The notes: generated from the sequence alone by a model not told the origin. DNA of 64,000 bases from an uncultured Gemmatimonadaceae bacterium (GCA_963761305.1 CAVXGK010000002.1:2720001-2784000); one strand, 5' to 3'. Counted from the stretch's first letter, positions 1 through 10,434 are shown. Made by a program: numbers and translations.

Positions 1-811
1 GGAGCAGCATCGCCGACAGCCAGCGCGGGAGCACCAACGACCGCGTGAACACCTCCTGCTCGATCGTCGGGAACGGCCGGACGGGTTCGCCGTGGCTGAG
101 GCGTTGCGGGATGTGCGTGTGCTGGCTGAGGAGCAGCAAATCCTCGGCGACGAGCGTGAGGAGGAGCGCGACGCCGACGAGACGGAGCGTCGTCATCGGC
201 CCGATCACGACGATGATCGCGACATAGGCGAGCAGCAGCGCGAGCGAGCTGACGGCGAGCCTTCGCCGATCGTCGCGCTTTGGAAACAGCTCGAGCAAGC
301 GCGGCCAATTCCAGAAATTGTTCACGCGATACAGCACCGAGAACAACGGAATCCAGAGACGCCAGCAGACGTTGACCAGCACGCGTTCGAGCGTGCCCAA
401 CTCGCGCGGCACCAGCGCCGCCGTGGTCGGATCCACGTCCTGCCAGCCGGTCCACTTGTGGTGACGGCCGTGGATGCGTTTCCAGTTGTAGAACGGGATG
501 ATCGAGAAGAACCCCGCGACCTGGCCGAACAGCGCGTGCAGTCGCTTGGTGCGGAACATCGTCTCGTGCCCGCACTCGTGCAGCACGGCGAACCACTGCA
601 CGAACGCCAGCGCGAGCACGACCTGACCCGCGAACCAGATCCACACGGACGCGTTTCGCGACAACCAGAAGCCGGCCCCGGTGACCCCGGCGCATTCGGC
701 GACGCACAGCGCGCCGGCGACGTTGGACGGCCGCAAGTGCGCCAGCTCGCTCGGCTTGGGCGGGAGCGGTGGTGGTGATGCGTCAGCAGTTGTGGCTGGG
801 GTTTGCTGCAC
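1..811 (-). CDS. Fatty acid desaturase family protein (partial, runs off left edge)
   Basis: Not in the ORF track; translated by hand: ...PPKPSELAHLRPS...WFAVLHECGHET...WKRIHGRHHKWTG...LSQHTH. Has His boxes HECGH and HGRHH plus TM segments. GTG start at 811 with GGAGG upstream. Confidence 0.85.
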   Translation of the reverse strand, partial: MQQTPATTADASPPPLPPKPSELAHLRPSNVAGALCVAECAGVTGAGFWLSRNASVWIWFAGQVVLALAFVQWFAVLHECGHETMFRTKRLHALFGQVAGFFSIIPFYNWKRIHGRHHKWTGWQDVDPTTAALVPRELGTLERVLVNVCWRLWIPLFSVLYRVNNFWNWPRLLELFPKRDDRRRLAVSSLALLLAYVAIIVVIGPMTTLRLVGVALLLTLVAEDLLLLSQHTHIPQRLSHGEPVRPFPTIEQEVFTRSLVLPRWLSAMLL

Positions 812-1033
812 AGCGGCCTCCGGCGTGCGGGATTCCCGCGTCGGATCCAACGGGTGGATGAGGCGCTTCTGCTGCAGGTTCCGGCGGCGCGCGTCACGGC
901 TCAGGATAGGCCGGGACGGCGGGCGGGCGAATACGTCAACTAACGTATCCGTGCGGGGGTCGCGCGCAATCTTTGCCAGCCAAACGGTGATGGGGGGCAC
1001 GGACCAAACCGCCGGAATCTGCGAGCGTTCTGC

Positions 1034-2023
1034 ATGGCGCGCCTCCTCCGCAAGTCACGCTTCGTGGCCGCGCTTCTCGTCGTCGCGTGCAGCGCCTCTG
1101 ATACCGCGGCGACCACGAGTTCCACCGATCCGGGAGGCTCGCAGTCGCAGCCCGGCGGTACGCAGTCGCCACCGGCGAGCGGGGGCGAGTCACTCGGCGG
1201 GCGACGTCCGTTCCCCGATGACAATCCGTGGAACACGGTGATCACGGGCGCACAGGTGGATCCGAACTCGTCGACGTTGATCGCGTCGTGCGGCGTGCGG
1301 AATCTCCATCCGGATTTTGGAACCGTCTGGGACGGCGCCCCGAACGGAATTCCGTACATCGTCGTCCACTCGGGACAGGCGAAGGTCCCCGTCTCGTTCG
1401 ACTACGACGACGAGAGCGACCCGGGTCCGTACCCGATTCCGCCCGACGCGCCGATCGAAGGCGGCGCGTCGTCTGACGGCGACCGTCACGTGCTGGTCGT
1501 CGATGTCGACGCGTGGAAGCTGTACGAGCTCTTCGACGCGCATCCAGTGAACGGCGGCAAGAGCTGGACAGCCGGATCGGGCGCGATCTTCGATCTCGGC
1601 TCCGACGCGCTGCGTCCCGCCGGCCGGACATCGGCCGACGCCGCCGGGCTTCCGATTTTTCCCGGTCTCGTGCGCTACGACGAGGCGGTCACGCAGGGAC
1701 ACATCGACCACGCGCTGCGCTTCACCTGCCCGAGCACGCGGAAAGCCTACGTCTCACCGGCGCGGCACTACGCGAGCAGCGACACGAGCAGCGCGCTTCC
1801 GGCGATGGGCATGCGGGTGCGCCTCAAGGCGAACTTCGACACGACGTCGTTCTCGCCGACGGTCCGCGCGATCCTGCGCGCGATGATGCGTTACGGGATG
1901 CTGGTCGCCGACAACGGCTCGGGATGGTACGTGAGCGGCGCGCCCGACTCGCGCTGGAGCGACGACGATCTCGCAACGCTGTCGCGCGTTCCGTCGAGCG
2001 CGTTCGAGGTAATCAAGCAGTAA
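1034..2023 (+). CDS. Uncharacterised secreted lipoprotein
   Basis: Lipobox-like LVVAC, Ser/Thr/Gly linker, then a globular domain (SDPGPYPIP, GDRHVLVVD, HALRF, YGMLVADNGS). Confidence 0.8.
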   Translation: MARLLRKSRFVAALLVVACSASDTAATTSSTDPGGSQSQPGGTQSPPASGGESLGGRRPFPDDNPWNTVITGAQVDPNSSTLIASCGVRNLHPDFGTVWDGAPNGIPYIVVHSGQAKVPVSFDYDDESDPGPYPIPPDAPIEGGASSDGDRHVLVVDVDAWKLYELFDAHPVNGGKSWTAGSGAIFDLGSDALRPAGRTSADAAGLPIFPGLVRYDEAVTQGHIDHALRFTCPSTRKAYVSPARHYASSDTSSALPAMGMRVRLKANFDTTSFSPTVRAILRAMMRYGMLVADNGSGWYVSGAPDSRWSDDDLATLSRVPSSAFEVIKQ

Positions 2024-2030
2024 GCTTGGA

Positions 2031-4205
2031 CTACCAGCGAATGATGCGTTTCAACAGATTCGCGAGGCTTCGCCCAGCCTGAGCAATCGGGTTGTTGTCG
2101 GGCGGATTGATGATGTTGCCGTTCGCGTCGATCGCGATTTGTCCCGGCGGCGGACCTGTGTGCACCGTGCACGATTCCGCCGGCTCCGCGCCGATCTTGA
2201 ACCACTGCGTCGTGCGCACCGGGCACCACGGCGTGGCCAGCTGACCCGTCGACGGATCGACGACCTTCGAGATCATCCCCGGCGGGATCGCGAAATCTCC
2301 GCCGTGCGGCTCCTTCCAACCCGCCTGATAGAATTCCGCCCACGCCGGCGCGGCGAGGCGTCCACCGCTCGCGTTCACCGCGATCTGCTGCGGCATGTCG
2401 TAGCCGAACCACACGCCGGCGACGAGCGTCGGTGTGTAGCCGACGAACCACACGTCATTGCCGTCGTTTGTCGTGCCGGTCTTGCCGGCGATCGGGCCGG
2501 TGATGCCGTAGTCGCGGATCCCCTTCCCCGTGCCGTAGTTCACGACGCCTTCGAGCATCTCCGTCAACTCATACGCGTCGCGCGCGTCCATCGCCGGAAT
2601 CGTCTGCGCCGTTTCCTGGGTCCAGAGCAGCGTGCCGTCCGGCGCTTCGATGCGCGTCACCAACCTCGGCGTCACGCGATTTCCGCCGTTGGCGAACGGC
2701 GCGTACGACGTCACCAGCTCGAGTGGCGTCACGCCTTCGGCGCCGAGCGCGATCGCCGGCACCGGCGTGAGCGGACTCACGATGCCGTTTCGCCGCGCCG
2801 CCGCGATCACCGCGCTCTCGCCGACCGCGCGGCTCACCCGCACCGTCGCCGCGTTCGCCGAGAGCATCAGCGCCCGCGCGAACGTGATGCGTCCGTTGTA
2901 TTCCAGATTGTAGTTCGCCGGCTGCCAGATGGTGCGTCCGATCTGTACCTGTACCGGGTCGTCGTCGACGTCTTCAGAAGTCTTGTATCCCGCGCCCAGC
3001 GCCGCCGCGTAGACGAACGGCTTGAACGCAGACCCCGGTTGCCGCTTCGCGTAGAATGCGCGATTGAATCCGCCCCGCTGCGTGCGGCGCCCCGGCACGA
3101 GCGCGCGAATGTCGCCGTTCGTCGGATCGATCGCCACGAGCGCGCCTTGCACGTCGTCCGGTACGTGGCCGAACGTCTCGCGCGTCTCCGCGGTGATCGC
3201 CGTGAAGTGTTTGAGCATGGTGCGATCGGCCGAGCGCTGGAGTGTGAAGTCGACCGTCGTGTAGACGTTGACGTCGCCTTCCTTCAGCACGTCGGGCAGC
3301 ACCGAGTCCACCAGGGCGCGAACGGCGTCGAGCGCGCTCGGCTCCTGGGTGATCGACGGGTGCCATTCGTTCTCCGCGATTTGCAGCGGGGCTCTCTCGG
3401 CAATCGCCGCTTGCGGTTTCGTGATGTAGCCCTGCTCCGCCATCAGCGTGAGCACGACGTTGCGCCGCTGCACGGAGCGACTCGGATTGCGGCGCGGCGT
3501 GTACGTCGACGGCGCCTTGGGCAATCCGGCGAGCAACGCGCCTTCCGGCAGCGTGAGCTTGCTCGCGTCCTTGCTGAACAGGTCGAGGCTCGCCGCCTCG
3601 ATGCCGTTCACGCCGTTGCCGAGGTAGATGACGTTGAGATAATGCTCGAGGATCTGGTCCTTCGTGAGCTCCGACTCGAGCAGTCGCGAGATGCGCAGCT
3701 CGATCAGCTTGCGGCGTAGAGAGCGTCCGTGATAGCGGTCTTGCAGGAAGCTGTTGTGCGCCACCTGCATCGTGATCGTGCTGAAGCCCTGGCGGATTCC
3801 GCCGGCGCTGAAGTTCCGGGCGACGGCGCGGACCACGCCGTGCCAATCGAGACCGTTGTGTTGATAGAAGCGTCGATCTTCGGTGGCGACGAACGCGTTG
3901 CGAACGTTCGCCGGCACTGCCGACAACGGCACATTCACGCGGCGCACGTTCTCGAGATGACCGAGGAGCTTGCCGTCCCGGTCGTAGACATTGCCGCCTT
4001 CGCTCGGGTGAAATGCGCGGATGTCGGCGCGGCTGGGGCAGCCGTAAAAACCACAGGTCGCCAGCCAGGCGTCGAACGCGATCACACCGGCGCAGGCGAG
4101 GACGAGCAGGCTCAGCCACGGCCAGTGGACGCGCGAGCCTTTCGCTCGATTTGTCGGATCGCGGCGCAGGCGTTGCGCCAATCGCGTCAGTCGAGTCGTT
4201 GCCAT
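2031..4205 (-). CDS. Class A penicillin-binding protein (PBP1A family)
   Basis: N-terminal TM; transglycosylase motifs EDRRFYQH, GFSTITMQ, RKLIE; transpeptidase motifs SAFK, SAN, KTGT. Confidence 0.95.
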   Translation of the reverse strand: MATTRLTRLAQRLRRDPTNRAKGSRVHWPWLSLLVLACAGVIAFDAWLATCGFYGCPSRADIRAFHPSEGGNVYDRDGKLLGHLENVRRVNVPLSAVPANVRNAFVATEDRRFYQHNGLDWHGVVRAVARNFSAGGIRQGFSTITMQVAHNSFLQDRYHGRSLRRKLIELRISRLLESELTKDQILEHYLNVIYLGNGVNGIEAASLDLFSKDASKLTLPEGALLAGLPKAPSTYTPRRNPSRSVQRRNVVLTLMAEQGYITKPQAAIAERAPLQIAENEWHPSITQEPSALDAVRALVDSVLPDVLKEGDVNVYTTVDFTLQRSADRTMLKHFTAITAETRETFGHVPDDVQGALVAIDPTNGDIRALVPGRRTQRGGFNRAFYAKRQPGSAFKPFVYAAALGAGYKTSEDVDDDPVQVQIGRTIWQPANYNLEYNGRITFARALMLSANAATVRVSRAVGESAVIAAARRNGIVSPLTPVPAIALGAEGVTPLELVTSYAPFANGGNRVTPRLVTRIEAPDGTLLWTQETAQTIPAMDARDAYELTEMLEGVVNYGTGKGIRDYGITGPIAGKTGTTNDGNDVWFVGYTPTLVAGVWFGYDMPQQIAVNASGGRLAAPAWAEFYQAGWKEPHGGDFAIPPGMISKVVDPSTGQLATPWCPVRTTQWFKIGAEPAESCTVHTGPPPGQIAIDANGNIINPPDNNPIAQAGRSLANLLKRIIRW

Positions 4206-4330
4206 TGCGGGGACAGGAGAATGAACCTGGACATGCTACTATAGATATGGTACGCCTATCCCTAACGCATGTTTCCGGCCTGAGCGTCGGCGCCCGAAAA
4301 ACGCACTTCCAACCGAGCAAACACCAAGTT

Positions 4331-5332
4331 ATGTCGCCGTTGGCACGTGTATCCGTGATGTTGGTTGCACTCGCCGTCCTGGCCTGCATCGACCGAGGCG
4401 CCCGCGATGGTCACGCGGCCCAGACGAATCGCCCCGATTCGGTCGGCGGGGCAGTCGCGGCGAGCGGCGCGGCGGCTGACAGCGTCAAACTGCCCGCCAA
4501 TCACGCGGGGCGCATCCCGGTCCTCGAGTATCATGTGATCGAGGGCACAAAAAATTCGTTGTATACGCGCACCGCCGATAGCTTCAAGGCCGATTTAGAA
4601 GATGTATACAAGCGCGGCTACCGTCCGATCACGATCGCCCAACTTCTCGACAAGGACTTCTCGGATGTTCCGGCGGGAATGTCGCCGGTCGTCTTCGTAT
4701 TCGACGACGCATCGCCGTCGCAGTTTCGCTATACCCAGGGAGCCGACGGCAAGTTGACGATCGACCCGACGAGCGGCGTGGGGATCTGGCTCGATTTCGC
4801 CAAGACGCACCCCGGGTGGAAGAATCGCGGGACGTTCTGCATTCTGAACGGCGCGTCGGCCGGCCATAACTTCTTCGGCGACAGCCCGAAGTTCGAAGGG
4901 CAGAAAAAGGAGTGGCGCTTTCAAAAAGTGAAATGGCTGGCCGACCAGGGGTTCGAACTCTGCGATCACACGATCTGGCACGCCCGGCTCGACAAGTTCT
5001 CCGACGCGATCGTGCAGCAGCAGATCGCCGGAAACGCGCTGGCGATCGACTCGGCGGCGCCCGGTTACAAAGTGCGCACGATGGCGCTGCCGTACGGAAT
5101 CTGGCCGAAGAACAAACAGCTCGCGTGGGAAGGCACGTGGACCGATCCCAAGACGAAGCAGGCGCACCCGTACAAGTTCGACGCGGTGCTCGAGGTGGCG
5201 GGCGGTCCGACGCGCAGTCCGTTCGACCCCGCCTTCAATCCGCATTCGATCACACGCGTGCAGGCGGTCGGCAACGACATTCACAAGACGCTCGATCAGC
5301 TCGACGCCTCGAAATCGCGTTTCGTGAAGTAG
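4331..5332 (+). CDS. Polysaccharide deacetylase family lipoprotein
   Basis: Lipobox VLAC; IPVLEYH, FVFDD, ELCDHTIWH, ALPYG (NodB/CE4-like). Start moved to ATG 4331. Confidence 0.85.
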   Translation: MSPLARVSVMLVALAVLACIDRGARDGHAAQTNRPDSVGGAVAASGAAADSVKLPANHAGRIPVLEYHVIEGTKNSLYTRTADSFKADLEDVYKRGYRPITIAQLLDKDFSDVPAGMSPVVFVFDDASPSQFRYTQGADGKLTIDPTSGVGIWLDFAKTHPGWKNRGTFCILNGASAGHNFFGDSPKFEGQKKEWRFQKVKWLADQGFELCDHTIWHARLDKFSDAIVQQQIAGNALAIDSAAPGYKVRTMALPYGIWPKNKQLAWEGTWTDPKTKQAHPYKFDAVLEVAGGPTRSPFDPAFNPHSITRVQAVGNDIHKTLDQLDASKSRFVK

Positions 5333-5344
5333 CGCGGTAGGATT

Positions 5345-5370
5345 ACGGGCGTCGGCTCTTCGACGCCCGT
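5345..5370 (+). terminator. GC-rich hairpin after the deacetylase gene, possible terminator
   Basis: ACGGGCGTCG-GCTCTT-CGACGCCCGT is a perfect 10-bp stem, but only a weak pyrimidine tail follows. Confidence 0.45.
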
Positions 5371-5388
5371 CTCTCCCACCCGCCCCTC

Positions 5389-6891
5389 TTGCTCTCGTCC
5401 AAGCAGTGGACGCTCGTCGCGTCGATCCTCGCGTCGAGCCTGACGTTCATCGACGGCACCGCGGTCAACGTCGCACTGCCGGCGCTCCAGTCGAGCCTCG
5501 GCGCCACGGTCACCGACGTGCAGTGGGTGCTCGAGGCGTACACGCTGCTTTACGGATCGCTCATTCTCGTGGGCGGATCGCTCGGCGATCAGCTCGGGCG
5601 AAAGCGAGTCTTCCTCGTCGGCGTGTATGTCTTCGCGATCGCGTCGGTGCTGTGCGGCATCGCGCCAACTCCCACGCTGCTCATCGCCGCACGCGCGTTT
5701 CAGGGAGTCGGCGCGGCATTGCTCGCGCCGGGCAGTCTCGCACTCGTGAGCGCCGCGTACGACGACAAAGAGCGTGGCCTCGCGATCGGCACGTGGTCGG
5801 CGTTCAGCGCGATGACGACGGCGATCGGACCCGTGGGCGGCGGTTGGCTGATCGAGCACGTGGGCTGGCGTGCCATCTTCTTCGTCAACATTCCGCTGGC
5901 GGCGATCGTCGTGTTTCTCTCGCTGCGCCACGTGGATGAATCGAGCGACCCGTCGCGCCACGGCGCCATCGATTGGCTCGGCGCCGCGCTCACCGTCGTC
6001 GGCCTGAGCGCGCTCACCTACGGCTTTCTGTCCTGGCCGGCGCTCGGCGGCGGACGCTTTCTCACGTCGGGGATGATCGCGATCGGGGTATTCGCGCTCG
6101 TCGCCTTTGTTCTCGTCGAGCGAGCCGTGGTGAACCCGATGCTCCCGCTCGGCCTCTTCTCGTCGCCAACCTTTTCCCTCACGAACGTCCTCACGTTCCT
6201 GCTCTACGGCGCGCTGTCGACGATGCTCTTCGTCGTGCCGCTCGTAATGATTCAAGTCGACGGCTACTCGGCGACGGTCGCCGGCGCGTCGCTGCTGCCG
6301 TTTACCGTCATTCTCTTCGTCATGTCACGGTGGGCCGGCGGCCTGGTCGCACGCGTCGGACATCGGCCGCCGTTGACGATCGGTCCAGCGGTCGCGGCGC
6401 TTGGCCTCGCGGCGTTCGCGTTGCGATCGACCGCCACCGGTGCGTCCTACTGGACGTCGTTCTTCATTCCGATCGTCGTCCTCGCCATCGGCATGGGAAT
6501 CACCGTCGCGCCGCTCACGACGACGGTCATGACCGCCGCCGGCCGAGAGCACGCGGGCGTCGCGTCGGGGGTGAACAACGCGGTCGCGCGAATTGGCGGA
6601 CTGATGGCGATCGCGGTGTTCGGCGTCGTACTCGCTCGTTCGTTCGCGTCACGCGTCGAGCCGCGTCTCGAACACATGGCCATCTCGTCATCCGCGCGAG
6701 CGTCGGTGCAGCGCGAGCTGCCGAAGATGGCCGGGATCAAACTTGATTCGATCCCGTCGCTTCGGCCCGACGAGCGCGCGCTGGTGCGCTGGGCGGTCGA
6801 CGGTTCGTTCGTGTCCGCCTATCGGGTCGTGATGCTGTGCGTCGCGGCCATCGCGCTGGCGGCGGCGATCATTGGTTTGATGATTGCGTGA
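5389..6891 (+). CDS. MFS drug:H+ antiporter (DHA2, EmrB/QacA-like)
   Basis: About 14 TM segments; IDGTAVNVALP, motif A GSLGDQLGRK, WRAIFFVNIP, ASGVNN. Confidence 0.9.
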   Translation: MLSSKQWTLVASILASSLTFIDGTAVNVALPALQSSLGATVTDVQWVLEAYTLLYGSLILVGGSLGDQLGRKRVFLVGVYVFAIASVLCGIAPTPTLLIAARAFQGVGAALLAPGSLALVSAAYDDKERGLAIGTWSAFSAMTTAIGPVGGGWLIEHVGWRAIFFVNIPLAAIVVFLSLRHVDESSDPSRHGAIDWLGAALTVVGLSALTYGFLSWPALGGGRFLTSGMIAIGVFALVAFVLVERAVVNPMLPLGLFSSPTFSLTNVLTFLLYGALSTMLFVVPLVMIQVDGYSATVAGASLLPFTVILFVMSRWAGGLVARVGHRPPLTIGPAVAALGLAAFALRSTATGASYWTSFFIPIVVLAIGMGITVAPLTTTVMTAAGREHAGVASGVNNAVARIGGLMAIAVFGVVLARSFASRVEPRLEHMAISSSARASVQRELPKMAGIKLDSIPSLRPDERALVRWAVDGSFVSAYRVVMLCVAAIALAAAIIGLMIA

Positions 6892-6906
6892 GCGAAACGG
6901 TGCGGA

Positions 6907-7617
6907 CTACGACTCGGTGATCGGGCCTTCGGTTCCCAGAGACGACGACGCGAGCGAGTCGCGGTCGCTCCGTAGGAGTTCGTAGGCGCGCATGCCGGCC
7001 ATCGCTCCCAATACCGGCGCAACCCAGTACAGCCAGTGCGCCGTCCAGATGCCACCGACAACCGCTGGGCCCAATGTGCGGGCGGGATTGAAGCTGCCGC
7101 CGGTGAGCGGACCAGTGATGAGCGCGCCCGCGAAGATTGTCGCGCCGATGGCGAACGGTGCCACGCTCGGCGGCGTCCGCGGGTCGCTTGCTACTCCCAT
7201 GATCACGAAGCCGAGGATGGCCGTGTAGCCCGCTTCGACGGCGAATGCTCGGATCGTCGAAATCGCGGGGATGGTCGCGCCATAGTTGCCGACCGGACCG
7301 ACGATCCAGGCCAGTACCAGCGACGCCACGATCGCGCCGGCGCACTGCGCCACGACATACGGAAACACGTCGCGCCCCTCGAATCGGCGAACTGACCAAA
7401 GTCCGATAGTCACGGCCGGGTTGATGTGTGCACCGCCTATGTGGCCTGTCGACGCGACGACGAGCGTCACGGCGAGACCGAAGGCGAGTGCGACCGCGGG
7501 CGCTCCGAACGCGTGCGTGGACGCGGACACCATCACCGCGCCTGGCCCAATGGCAACCAGAACGAACGTGCCGATGAATTCCGCGGCGTATCGGCGTGCG
7601 GCCGGGCGGAGCCTCAT
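6907..7617 (-). CDS. Aquaporin/MIP channel, last gene of the ars operon
   Basis: AEFIGTF, GAHINPAVT, GGSFNPAR (two NPA motifs); overlaps the upstream gene by 4 bp. Confidence 0.93.
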   Translation of the reverse strand: MRLRPAARRYAAEFIGTFVLVAIGPGAVMVSASTHAFGAPAVALAFGLAVTLVVASTGHIGGAHINPAVTIGLWSVRRFEGRDVFPYVVAQCAGAIVASLVLAWIVGPVGNYGATIPAISTIRAFAVEAGYTAILGFVIMGVASDPRTPPSVAPFAIGATIFAGALITGPLTGGSFNPARTLGPAVVGGIWTAHWLYWVAPVLGAMAGMRAYELLRSDRDSLASSSLGTEGPITES

Positions 7618-8378
7618 GCCGAAGCAGGGACCTTGCCGCCGAGTCGCAGGTACTCCGCGAAGTCGTCCGGCAGATCACTTCGACGAATCGCGTCGACGGC
7701 CGCCTCTATGTCATACGCGACGCGGACGAACTCCACGTCGATCGAACCCTCTCGGGTGGTCGAGACGACGACGTAGCCGGCGCGCCAATCGCCGTCCTTC
7801 GGGCGCCCCACGCTGCCGGTGTTCACGAAGTGCACGCCGCCAACCGAGCGATGCCACGGAAGATGGGTGTGGCCGAACGCGATCAGATCGCCCGCCCCGG
7901 CGCCGACCACCTCCGCCATCTTCGTGCAGAACGTGTCGGGGCGATCCTCGGTCCAATACGTCACGTTGTTGAGCGGCGTGCCGTGGACGAGTGTGAGCGT
8001 CGGACCCGCGACGTGACCACCCAGCGGCCGAACGTCCAACCGAAACGGCAGCGTTCCGAGAGCCGCTTTTGTTTCCGCAGACACGTGCGCTCGCGTCCAA
8101 GCGTAGCTCACGTGCGACAGCTCTTCCTGTTTCGGATCCTCGTACCGACACCCGCAATGCTTGTAGTCTGTCGCAACCGTGGAGTCGTAGTTGCCCGAGA
8201 CACCCTCGATGTGATCGTCGCGCAGTCGCTGCACGACCTCGTTCGGCCACGGCGCGTATCCGACGAGATCGCCGAGGTGACAGATCGCGTCGACATCGGT
8301 TCGCCTTTGGATATCCGCGAGGACCGCATCGAGCGCCGGTAGGTTCGCGTGAATGTCTGAAAGAAGGGCGTATCGCAC
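7614..8378 (-). CDS. Metallophosphoesterase (calcineurin-like) in the ars operon
   Basis: SDIHAN, LGDLVGY, GNYD, HGTP, FGHTH, NTGSVG; extra HCGC motif. Confidence 0.9.
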   Translation of the reverse strand: MRYALLSDIHANLPALDAVLADIQRRTDVDAICHLGDLVGYAPWPNEVVQRLRDDHIEGVSGNYDSTVATDYKHCGCRYEDPKQEELSHVSYAWTRAHVSAETKAALGTLPFRLDVRPLGGHVAGPTLTLVHGTPLNNVTYWTEDRPDTFCTKMAEVVGAGAGDLIAFGHTHLPWHRSVGGVHFVNTGSVGRPKDGDWRAGYVVVSTTREGSIDVEFVRVAYDIEAAVDAIRRSDLPDDFAEYLRLGGKVPASA

Positions 8379-8927
8379 TTATGTCTGTGTTGACTGGATT
8401 TCGGTCCGCCCAGGGATGGGTGCCTCCACATTTGCGATGCGCTGGACGCGCGCCGCCAATGCGGCGCGTTCGAGCGCCTCGAAACGCAGGGATAGCAACA
8501 GATCGATTCGCCGCGACAGATGCGTTATCGTCTCGCGGAATGCGCGTCGTCGTGCATCGTCATCGCCGAACACATCTGCAGGATCGTCCATTCCCCAATG
8601 CGCGAACGCGGGCTGACCAGGAAACACCGGGCAGGTTTCCTTCGCGCGATCACAGACGGTGATGATCAGGTCCCAGTTATGGTCTTGGACGGCATCGATT
8701 CCTTTCGGGTGCCGTTTGGTCCAATCGATGCCGAACAGCCCGAGTGCCTCGACCGCCAAGGGATGGACGCTGTCCCCCGGAGACGATCCCGCGCTGGCGA
8801 CCTCGAATCTCGGCGCTCGATCCTTGGCTAGTCGGCTCGTCATCACGGCCTCCGCAATCTGACTCCGGGCCGAATTTCGCGTGCAGAGAAACAGCACGCG
8901 AAGCCGTGCATCTTCAGGTCGAACCAT
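8379..8927 (-). CDS. arsC: Arsenate reductase, LMW-PTP fold (thioredoxin type)
   Basis: P-loop CTRNSARSQIAE, VCDRAKETCP (two resolving Cys), HWGMDDP. Confidence 0.92.
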   Translation of the reverse strand: MVRPEDARLRVLFLCTRNSARSQIAEAVMTSRLAKDRAPRFEVASAGSSPGDSVHPLAVEALGLFGIDWTKRHPKGIDAVQDHNWDLIITVCDRAKETCPVFPGQPAFAHWGMDDPADVFGDDDARRRAFRETITHLSRRIDLLLSLRFEALERAALAARVQRIANVEAPIPGRTEIQSTQT

Positions 8928-8971
8928 GGGTTCCTCGCCTCCAAAGTGTAGAGGCTTCTAGGGAAACGGGG

Positions 8972-9445
8972 CTAGTCGAGCAGGCGCATCATCACCGTTG
9001 CTGTCGACGGACACGCCGATTTGAACTCGACCGTCTCGCCAATCTCCGGCGGGACCGTATCTCTCTCGACTCGGACAAAGCCGAAGCGGGGGAAGTAGCG
9101 CTCGGCGGTGAGCGTCAGCAGGTACAGGGCGTGGATGCCACGCGACTCGGTCTCTGACACGATCCGTGAAACCAGCTCTTGGCCCACGCCGTGGCTTCGC
9201 CACTCGGGTCGAACCGCGACCGAGCGCAGCAGGGCGTTGTCGCCCCGAACCTCGAGGCCTGCCACTCCGACGAGTTCCCGCGCGCCACTACTTGTTTCCG
9301 CCACGAGAAAGCTTGACGCATTCGCCGTGAGCAACTCGCCGATTCCCGCGGTTGGAAGACCGGCGTCGACGAGCAGTGCCTCGATCGCGTGCCGGTCGGC
9401 AATTGTCGAGCGGCGAATCGAAGCAACGGCGGATTTGCTGGACAT
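8972..9445 (-). CDS. arsN2: Arsenic-resistance GNAT N-acetyltransferase (ArsN2-like)
   Basis: ALLRSVAV, YLLTLTAERYF, EFKSACPSTA; position inside the ars operon. Start moved to ATG 9445. Confidence 0.85.
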   Translation of the reverse strand: MSSKSAVASIRRSTIADRHAIEALLVDAGLPTAGIGELLTANASSFLVAETSSGARELVGVAGLEVRGDNALLRSVAVRPEWRSHGVGQELVSRIVSETESRGIHALYLLTLTAERYFPRFGFVRVERDTVPPEIGETVEFKSACPSTATVMMRLLD

Positions 9446-9465
9446 CGTCACTGATCCTTCCTCGC

Positions 9466-10434
9466 TCAAGTGCAGCAGTCGGGATCGCATCCACATTCCC
9501 TCTTATTCGACGTGGTGCTTGTGCCCAACTCGGCCAGTTGGAGCCGGGGCTTCGCCGCGCGCGGAATACCGGGTTTGGTGGCGCGAATGAATCCGCTCAT
9601 GATCTTTCCCTCCACCTGCTCCGCCAGCCCGACGTCCACTCCCGTGCCCGTGAGCAGCGCAACTGCGTCGTCGCGAGAATAGACGCGTGTCGGCTCAACG
9701 CTCGCGCGTTCGAATCCGACCGCGCCGAGCAGTTCGACGAATTCGTTTTCTTCGAGCGCGCCGGCGACGCAACCTGTCCAGAGTGGCATGCTCGCCTTGA
9801 CGGCGTCGGGCAGGTTTCCGCGAACGACGACGTCGCTCACGGCGAAGCGGCCGCCCGGCTTGAGAACGCGAAACGCCTCAGCGAGCACGCGCCGTTTGTC
9901 GCCGGACAGGTTGACGACGCAATTCGAGATGATGACGTCCACCGTGTTCGATGGCAGCGGGATCGCTTCGATGTGTCCTTTGAGAAACTCGACGTTCGTC
10001 GCGCCGGCTTTCGCTTTGTTGTCGAGCGCCAATGCGAGCATTTCGTCGGTCATGTCGAGTCCATACGCCTTGCCCGTCGGGCCAACGCGCTTCGCCGAGA
10101 GGAGAACGTCGATGCCACCGCCTGAGCCGAGGTCGAGGACTGTTTCCCCTTCGTGCAGTTCCGCGAGCGCCGTCGGGTTGCCGCATCCGAGCGACGCCAG
10201 CAGGGCCGCGGTGGGAAGTCCGGCGATTTCACCTGTCTCGTAGAGGTCGGCGGTGATCGGATCCCACGTCTCGGTCGTCGAGCCACAGCAGCCGCTTGAT
10301 TCGCCGCCGCAGCACGAGACAGTCGCGTTTCCGTCGGCGATCCGTTGCGCGATTGCGCCGTAGCGCTCGCGCACGGTTCCACGGATTTCCTCGAGCGGAG
10401 AGACGACTCCGCCAGACCTGTCTGCATCGCTCAT
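9466..10434 (-). CDS. arsM: Arsenite S-adenosylmethionine methyltransferase
   Basis: SLGCGNP, VLDLGSGGG, ISNCVVNL, WTGCVAGA; Cys-rich N- and C-termini. Start probably ATG 10434. Confidence 0.95.
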   Translation of the reverse strand: MSDADRSGGVVSPLEEIRGTVRERYGAIAQRIADGNATVSCCGGESSGCCGSTTETWDPITADLYETGEIAGLPTAALLASLGCGNPTALAELHEGETVLDLGSGGGIDVLLSAKRVGPTGKAYGLDMTDEMLALALDNKAKAGATNVEFLKGHIEAIPLPSNTVDVIISNCVVNLSGDKRRVLAEAFRVLKPGGRFAVSDVVVRGNLPDAVKASMPLWTGCVAGALEENEFVELLGAVGFERASVEPTRVYSRDDAVALLTGTGVDVGLAEQVEGKIMSGFIRATKPGIPRAAKPRLQLAELGTSTTSNKRECGCDPDCCT

